From a virus (taxonomy: Duplodnaviria > Caudoviricetes), in the IMG/VR virus record IMGVR_UViG_3300028797_006177, positions 1-64,000 of that record: a stretch of DNA of 64,000 bases; one strand, 5' to 3'. Within the stretch, counting starts at the first letter, position 1. Each line of letters starts with the position of its first letter. Made by a program: the position numbers and the translations under genes. Below are positions 57,886 to 64,000 of the stretch, piece after piece. Below the pieces are notes generated by a model, which saw nothing but the letters and a program-made list of their open reading frames with translations, ran no database searches and had not been told where the DNA came from.

Positions 57886-58010
57886 TGCGCATCACACACC
57901 CCCCTTGATGCGCATCACACACCCCCTTTGATGCGCATCAACCAAAACATCCATAGGTATGACACACCCCCCTTCAAGCGGTTGACGCACCCCCTTTCAA
58001 GCGGTTGAAC
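57883..58010 (+). repeat. Two arrays of 23-bp-period repeats
   Basis: Palindrome TGATGCGCATCA at 57883, 57906 and 57929; TGACRCACCCCC..TCAAGCGGT units at 57960 and 57983. Confidence 0.85.
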
Positions 58011-58042
58011 CAAAAAATTGTAGCAAAATAGAAGATTAGATT

Positions 58043-58585
58043 ATGGCAACAATAATAGCAGAAGATTTCGGTGAAGGCAGAGATTTGTTCCCGATGCGCT
58101 ATATCGCCGACCTGTTCAAGGAGCAGACCTTGCAGCAGCTTCAAATAAACATGATGACGCAGCGCGTTTGGCCTTTCGAGGTTTATCCAGGCTATCGTGT
58201 CCGCAATGAGAAACGAAAATTGCTGGGCGGCTGGGTATCTACTGGCGAAGGCATCAAGTCCTTTGAGGGTACTGTCATTGAAGCCGACGAGAATACGGGT
58301 ATGGTCACGATGTCGTTCCGCTACAATGATTATATGCAGTATGTGGATATAGGTGTCGGAGCGTGGGGCAAGTCAGGCGACATTGACCGCAGCCGCAAGG
58401 TGCGCTATCGCAATCGTTATACAAATTGGGTGCCCAGCGGTGGCAAGACACATCGCCCTGCTATACAGCCTGAATTGAATCACCTGCTTACCCGCTTGGA
58501 GGACTATGTGCAGGACTTCTACGGCAAGAAATACGAGTTCAAGATGCTCGAAACATTCCAAGACCTCACGCTCTTCGTGGGGTAA
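58043..58585 (+). CDS. Putative neck/tail protein
   Basis: STGEG..SF..YMQYVDIGVG; upstream of the tape measure gene. Confidence 0.55.
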   Translation: MATIIAEDFGEGRDLFPMRYIADLFKEQTLQQLQINMMTQRVWPFEVYPGYRVRNEKRKLLGGWVSTGEGIKSFEGTVIEADENTGMVTMSFRYNDYMQYVDIGVGAWGKSGDIDRSRKVRYRNRYTNWVPSGGKTHRPAIQPELNHLLTRLEDYVQDFYGKKYEFKMLETFQDLTLFVG

Positions 58586-58626
58586 TTATCAATTATCAAT
58601 TTTCAATTATCAATTAGATATAGGTT

Positions 58627-61600
58627 ATGGCAAAGAAGAAAGAAGTCATCATCACCTGTAACGCCACCAACGTCAAGGCTGTCATCGAAGGTCTTGAACG
58701 TGGTATGGCCGCCCTCGCCAAAGAGGAGGAGAAGCTGCTGAAAACCATCAAGAAGCGCGGCTATGCAGAGGACGACGAGAAGAAGCGCCTGAAAGAACTG
58801 GAAAAGGCGATGGACGCTATGCGCACCAACGTGCAGAAGAACCGCGACGAGCAAAAGAAACTTGCCGAGGTGATGAAAGACCTCGCAGGCTCCAAGCTGA
58901 AAGACCTCAAAAAGGCTCTACAAGAAGGCAAGGCTGCACTCAACAACATGTCGGAGCGCGACCCCAAGCGCAAGCAGCTGGTTGATGACTTGCAGCGCAT
59001 ACAGAGGCAGATTGATAAGAATACAGGCGCAACAAACAAACTGAATACCGCGAACAAGGGACTTTCTGCAACTCTTGCTACCACTGCCAAGAACCTTGCC
59101 ACCTATATGATTGGCTTTGCTGGATTCAATAAGGTGAAGAGCCTGATTGAAGATGTATTCAAGGCAAACATCAAACTATCCGACAGCCTTGCCAATATCC
59201 GCAAAGTTTCAGGATTGAGCGGCGAGGCCATTAACCAGCTTTACCGCAACCTCTCGCAGATTGACACCCGCAACACCATTGAGATGCTGAACCAGTTGGC
59301 CTATACAGGTGCGAAGCTCGGCATAGGTCAGAATTATGGCGTGGAAGGCTTGACCGGCTTCGTGAAAGCCGCAGAGCAGGTGCAGATGGCTCTTGGCGAG
59401 GATATGGGCGAAAAGGCATTGCCCGAACTTTCCAAGATGGTGGAGGTAATGGGCTTGATACCGAAGTACGGCGTTGAGCAGGCTATGCAGAAAGCCGCCT
59501 CTGCTATCTTCCAACTTGGAGCGACATCTACGGCAACAGGCAGCAACATCGTGGAATTTTCCAAGCGACTGATGGGTCTTGCCAATGTGAGCCGTATCAG
59601 CACACAGGATTTGTTGGCTCTCGGTTCTGCATCGGATGCTATGGGACTGATGCCAGAAGTCAGCGCAACGGCATTTAACAAGCTCTTCACAAGCATTCAG
59701 CGCCAGCATAACCTTATTGAAGATTCGCTCGGACTGACCAAAGGCACTATCAAGAGCCTTTATGACGAAGGAAAGACGATGGATGCCATTGTGATGATAT
59801 TCGAGAAGATGAACGAGAAGGGCAACTTGAACCTGCTCGGCTCTATCTTCAAGGATTTGGGAAGCGACGGAGCGCGTCTTGTCAATGTCATGGCGACAAT
59901 GGCAGATCGTGCCGACATCCTGCGCAAGCACCTTGAAACCTCACGCAATGCTTTCAAGGAGGGCGAGGCTGTCATTGGTGAGTATATGATACAAAACCAA
60001 ACTGCCGCCGCTTTGGTAGAACGTGCTTCTAACCTATGGGCAAAGGCATTCACCAATCCCGAAGGTGTGGATATGGTCAAGGAGATGGCACAGGCTTGGT
60101 ATGACCTCAGTAAGCAGATGACGCAGAGCGAGGCACTGATGGGTTCTTTGCATACGTCAATCAATGCGATTGCGTCGGCTATCGGTGCGCTCATCAAATT
60201 GTTCCCTGTGCTCATACGCTTTGCAATGATATTTGGCACCACTCTTGGCTTTAAGGGACTGATTGCAGGCATTGGCGGCATGATTACGGCTTTCCGTACC
60301 TTATATAAGGATATAGTGATGGCAACTGGCGCAATGGGTGCGTTCAATGTCGTAATGAAGTCAAATGCGGTTCTATTTGCCGTATCAGCCCTTATAACGG
60401 CCATTACACTTGTCAATGATTACAGCAAGGCAGCGGAGGAAGCAGCCAAGCGTGAACAGGAGCGCCAGGCAAAGCTCAAAGCCGCATTTGATAACTCCAA
60501 AGAATCAATAGAAAAAGTTGTCAGGCCGTTGCAAACCTACAAAAAGGCTCTCGAAGATGCCACCTTGTCAGAGAAACAACGTGCAGAAATGCTCAAACAA
60601 TTCAGGACTGACTATCAAGAATACCTTGACTACCTCGGCGTTGAAATAAACTCTGTAGCAGAACTTGCAAAAGTTTATGCCAAGGTGGTTGACATAATGA
60701 AAATCAAGAAAGCCTACGAGGAGCGCGAGGAATACCGCACACAGCAGAACGGCGAAAACCGTATGTCGCGTATCGAGAACCAGGCAAAGGTAGAAGCCGC
60801 TGCACGTTCATTCGGAATTGAAGGGATTGACAAGAAATACCTCGAAGAAACTCAAAACATAAGGAAAGACGGTGTTCTTTATTCAAAAGGTACTGCTGAG
60901 ATTTATCGGGAGCTTCTTGAACAGAAAATGGGCGTTAGCGGTGGTCGTCTTGTTGGGTCGAACCTTTCTTTCAAGTATGTTAATGGTGAGTTGGTTGATA
61001 GCAGCAAGGTTGTTGGACCGGGCAATGGTGTTAGATGGAAGAGTATCGGTAGCAAGGAACTATACGAGGCTATTGATAACTATATCGCAGCATATCGAGC
61101 CGAGCGAAGCACGAATAAGGATATAGACAAGAAGTTCGACACCGAGTATTCGTGGATCGACAAGAACGGCAAGAAGCGCAAGCTGTCGGAGTTCAACATC
61201 GACGAATACAACGAAACCGTACAACTTGCCAAGTGGAAACGTCAAGGTACTCTCGAAAACGAAGCCCCAGATAAGGATGCAATGAAGGCACTCAAAAAAG
61301 CGCAGCAGGAAGAAAAGAAGCGCTTTCAGGACGAAATGGAGCAGGCAGAAAAGGACTCCACCGCTGTCATCAATGCTATTGAGGAGTTCTATCGCTTGCA
61401 GGAATCAGCATTGGAGCAGTTGGTGGCCGACGGCAAGATGACACGCGAGGAAGCCGACAAGATGATTAGCTATGTCCGAAACCGCAAGGACGAAATGCTG
61501 ATGAATGCTCGCCGTGCCATTGCTGGCAAGGACAGCGACTTTGAGAAACTGCGCAAGACAATGGATAGTGACTTGTTGCGTCCTAATGATGTCAACTCAC

Positions 61601-63633
61601 AGCGGGCATTGAACACTGTGCAGACCATCGACGTGCAGGAAGCCGCAAAGAAGTTGCAACGCTTCGACGGCTCGAAGAAAGTCTATGACTTGAATGCTGG
61701 TTCGTTTACACAAGCCATGTTGAAGAATGCCGCCCAGAACGAGTTGAACATCCAGCGCAGGCAGGCCGCTATGCAGCAGGAGATTGACAAGATTCTCTTG
61801 CAGTATGAGTTTGTGGAGCAGGCACAGCGCACGTTTGGCGACAAGCTGGTGAAGCTGGGACTTGTCACGGACGGCTACGACAAGGTGGTGCAGCAGTTGG
61901 CAGACGGTACGGAAATCGTCGCCAACACCAAGGACGTACAGAGCCTTGCCGAGAAGGTGGTGAAGATGGACACGAAGAAGTTCTATGGCGTGGACGAGAA
62001 GGATGCGCTCGAACTTCGCAATATGATTGATGACTTGATGCACACCGTAGATAAGGACGGCAAGAAAATCCGCGAGTCGTTTGCCTCGATGTTCCCCAAT
62101 CTGGACGAATGGCTGGAGAAGCCGGAGCAGTACAAGGAGCAGATGCAGGCTTTCTACAAGGCGATGATTGACATGGACCGCGACTACTACGCTGCGCTAA
62201 AGAAGAACTACGAGAAGGAAAAGCGCGAGTTCTCGGAGCGTTGGCAGGCTATGGGATGGGAGTCGCAGGAAAAGAAGGAAAACACCGCCTTAGAAACGCA
62301 GGAGAACCTTCGCAAGGCGACGGGTCAGGGCGAGAACTTCGGTCAGACGTATGGCTTTGCCGATACCATTGCCGATGACCCCGAAATAGCCCGCATCAAG
62401 AACCGCATGGAGTGGCGAGCCAAGGAGCTGGAAGACCTGCGTGCCCGCAATGCCAGCGAGGAACTCATCATGGAGAAGCAGAACGAGATGCTGAAAGAAG
62501 CCGCTGCCCTTGCCGAAAAGGTGAGCGCAGAGGTGGCAGAGCGCATCACAAAGATTCAGACGTTGAGCGAGCCATTGAGTTCATTCGGAGAGGAAGTCGG
62601 CACCATGCTCGGCGAACAATGGCAGGGCATCAGCCGCGAAGGTAAGCTCACTTTCGGTCAGATGGCAAAGAACATGGGCATTGAATACGCCAAGCTGACC
62701 TTGAAGATGGCAAGCGAGAACCTGATGAAGAAGGTGCAGCAGGCACTCTTCTACAAGCAAATGGAGATGCAGGAAATGCAGCACCAGGTGCAGATGACGA
62801 ATATAGAGGTGCAGGGCGGTACGGCTCGCGTAGCTGCGCAGTCAAGCATCGGCGCAATGGGCTTGGGTGTTCAAGCCGCACAGAATGCAACCGAAGTGGC
62901 TGCAGAGGGTGGCAAGGCAACCATTATGACGATGTTCGGTATCAGTGAGGGTGCAGCCAAGACCATTGCAAAGCTCGGTTTCTGGGGTATTCCTCTGATT
63001 GCCGTCATTACATCGGTGCTCATGGCTTTGCTCAATAGCGCAAAATCCACCGCTTCGCAGGAAACCGCATCGGCTACAGATACCTCCTCCGCCTCCAACA
63101 CCAAGACCAAGCTCGTCAGTGGTATGCTGACCTACGACAAGGGCAACGTGCAGCGCTTCATCGGGCAGGACGGCAAGGTATATACCGCCACGGAGGAAGC
63201 ACAGCCGAAGGACGGCCTTGTGACGCACCCCATCGCCACCACCGTTCAAGGACAGCCCGCTCTCGTTGCCGAGAACGGTCCCGAAATCGTGGTAGGCCGC
63301 GAAACCACAAAAGCCATAATGATGAACGAGCCGGAACTTATCCGCTACCTTGCCACCTATCAGCAGCACGGCGGCGCTGGCTATCGTACATACGACAGCG
63401 GCAATACGTCGGAGATTACTCCTGACGATATGACGTCATCACGCAATAACGACATATTGGGCGGTACCACACTTAATGCTTTGGCACAGGTTGTCGCAGA
63501 ACTCTCTTTCACCGTGCAGGAGCTGCAGAAGAATGGCGTACCGGCCTACATAAACAAGTATGGCGCTGGCGGACTCATCGACGAAGTAAAATCTGGCTTA
63601 AAGTTTGATGCCAAGTATAACGTACAGCATTAG
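58627..63633 (+). CDS. Tail tape measure protein
   Basis: 1668 aa, helical; LSDSLANIRKVSGLS..GAKLGI..EVSATAFNK TMP core; LVAENGPEIVV. Confidence 0.9.
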   Translation: MAKKKEVIITCNATNVKAVIEGLERGMAALAKEEEKLLKTIKKRGYAEDDEKKRLKELEKAMDAMRTNVQKNRDEQKKLAEVMKDLAGSKLKDLKKALQEGKAALNNMSERDPKRKQLVDDLQRIQRQIDKNTGATNKLNTANKGLSATLATTAKNLATYMIGFAGFNKVKSLIEDVFKANIKLSDSLANIRKVSGLSGEAINQLYRNLSQIDTRNTIEMLNQLAYTGAKLGIGQNYGVEGLTGFVKAAEQVQMALGEDMGEKALPELSKMVEVMGLIPKYGVEQAMQKAASAIFQLGATSTATGSNIVEFSKRLMGLANVSRISTQDLLALGSASDAMGLMPEVSATAFNKLFTSIQRQHNLIEDSLGLTKGTIKSLYDEGKTMDAIVMIFEKMNEKGNLNLLGSIFKDLGSDGARLVNVMATMADRADILRKHLETSRNAFKEGEAVIGEYMIQNQTAAALVERASNLWAKAFTNPEGVDMVKEMAQAWYDLSKQMTQSEALMGSLHTSINAIASAIGALIKLFPVLIRFAMIFGTTLGFKGLIAGIGGMITAFRTLYKDIVMATGAMGAFNVVMKSNAVLFAVSALITAITLVNDYSKAAEEAAKREQERQAKLKAAFDNSKESIEKVVRPLQTYKKALEDATLSEKQRAEMLKQFRTDYQEYLDYLGVEINSVAELAKVYAKVVDIMKIKKAYEEREEYRTQQNGENRMSRIENQAKVEAAARSFGIEGIDKKYLEETQNIRKDGVLYSKGTAEIYRELLEQKMGVSGGRLVGSNLSFKYVNGELVDSSKVVGPGNGVRWKSIGSKELYEAIDNYIAAYRAERSTNKDIDKKFDTEYSWIDKNGKKRKLSEFNIDEYNETVQLAKWKRQGTLENEAPDKDAMKALKKAQQEEKKRFQDEMEQAEKDSTAVINAIEEFYRLQESALEQLVADGKMTREEADKMISYVRNRKDEMLMNARRAIAGKDSDFEKLRKTMDSDLLRPNDVNSQRALNTVQTIDVQEAAKKLQRFDGSKKVYDLNAGSFTQAMLKNAAQNELNIQRRQAAMQQEIDKILLQYEFVEQAQRTFGDKLVKLGLVTDGYDKVVQQLADGTEIVANTKDVQSLAEKVVKMDTKKFYGVDEKDALELRNMIDDLMHTVDKDGKKIRESFASMFPNLDEWLEKPEQYKEQMQAFYKAMIDMDRDYYAALKKNYEKEKREFSERWQAMGWESQEKKENTALETQENLRKATGQGENFGQTYGFADTIADDPEIARIKNRMEWRAKELEDLRARNASEELIMEKQNEMLKEAAALAEKVSAEVAERITKIQTLSEPLSSFGEEVGTMLGEQWQGISREGKLTFGQMAKNMGIEYAKLTLKMASENLMKKVQQALFYKQMEMQEMQHQVQMTNIEVQGGTARVAAQSSIGAMGLGVQAAQNATEVAAEGGKATIMTMFGISEGAAKTIAKLGFWGIPLIAVITSVLMALLNSAKSTASQETASATDTSSASNTKTKLVSGMLTYDKGNVQRFIGQDGKVYTATEEAQPKDGLVTHPIATTVQGQPALVAENGPEIVVGRETTKAIMMNEPELIRYLATYQQHGGAGYRTYDSGNTSEITPDDMTSSRNNDILGGTTLNALAQVVAELSFTVQELQKNGVPAYINKYGAGGLIDEVKSGLKFDAKYNVQH

Positions 63634-63661
63634 ACACCTGTTTTTAACATAAAATTAACGC

Positions 63662-63701
63662 ATAGCGGCTTTCAATAATTGAAATGAAAGCCGCTATTTT
63701 T
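63662..63701 (+). terminator. Rho-independent terminator
   Basis: ATAGCGGCTTTCA/TGAAAGCCGCTAT stem plus a T tract. Confidence 0.85.
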
Positions 63702-63944
63702 GTGCGTATAGTGTCTAAAACCAGCCCTTTTATGTCGTTATTACAATATTACGATATAACGTAATTGCTTGTTTACAAAAGTGTTGAAATGCCTTTTTCA
63801 GTGTTGAAAAGTGTGCTTCGGTTGGTATTGGATAGAATCGAAGCTTCTTTGTCTGGATATACATAATTTTGTCTTCGGAAGCCGTTAATTCTTGCGGCTC
63901 TACCAACAAAACCCAATTTATTCACAACAAAAAACTTCAACACT

Positions 63945-64000
63945 ATGGCATTAGAGATGCAAGACCTCATGGCCTTAAAGTCTATGGGAAACGAAGGCGG
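63945..64000 (+). CDS. Start of a gene truncated by the window end
   Basis: MALEMQDLMALKSMGNEG after an A-rich leader. Confidence 0.5.
   Translation, partial: MALEMQDLMALKSMGNEG

Larger units (their letters stand above)
1..64000. mobile_element. Temperate phage/prophage segment (tailed phage, Bacteroidales/Prevotella-like host)
   Basis: Repressor switch, replication genes, terminase, portal, tape measure, tail genes and a DGR; no host housekeeping synteny; ends not visible. Confidence 0.95.

Noticed and set aside
1-64000. Genome-wide stop-codon reassignment
   Set aside because: Large conserved genes are uninterrupted under code 11, and TAA, TGA and TAG all serve as real stops

Overview
The whole window reads as a temperate tailed phage or prophage of a Bacteroidales (Prevotella-like) host. 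The host call is inferred from TAnnTTTG promoters, HU-related proteins and Bacteroidales-type short repeats. Order of modules: a divergent repressor/Cro-like switch (1-1342); a ~33 kb rightward early and accessory region; a tail/baseplate block (35129-49558); a leftward terminase operon (49562-54013); and a divergent portal, head-tail and tape-measure operon (54183-63633). The early region holds an exonuclease, two HU-like proteins, two DNA methyltransferases, a glycosyltransferase plus UDP-galactopyranose mutase operon, an RNA ligase, a Tad2-like protein, a radical SAM protein, a PAPS-reductase-family gene, a replication initiator and loader, a phage-encoded beta clamp and many small ORFs. 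No integrase, att site or major capsid gene is recognisable in the window. Main points of interest: (1) a diversity-generating retroelement (DGR) with 13 of 13 TR-to-VR changes at adenines, whose reverse transcriptase is split over three overlapping +1-shifted ORFs and which has no visible avd; (2) a galactofuranose glycosylation operon together with an SDSSE(GED) peptide tag on three putative virion proteins; (3) a recurring TGTCCG-N20/21-TAnnTTTG promoter; (4) a conserved GGAGGACT(G/A)A-n2/3-ATG junction motif across the accessory genes; (5) two methyltransferases ending in clamp-binding motifs in a genome with its own DnaN; (6) a tRNA-like element next to boxB-like hairpins. All family calls come from motif recognition by eye, not from database searches.
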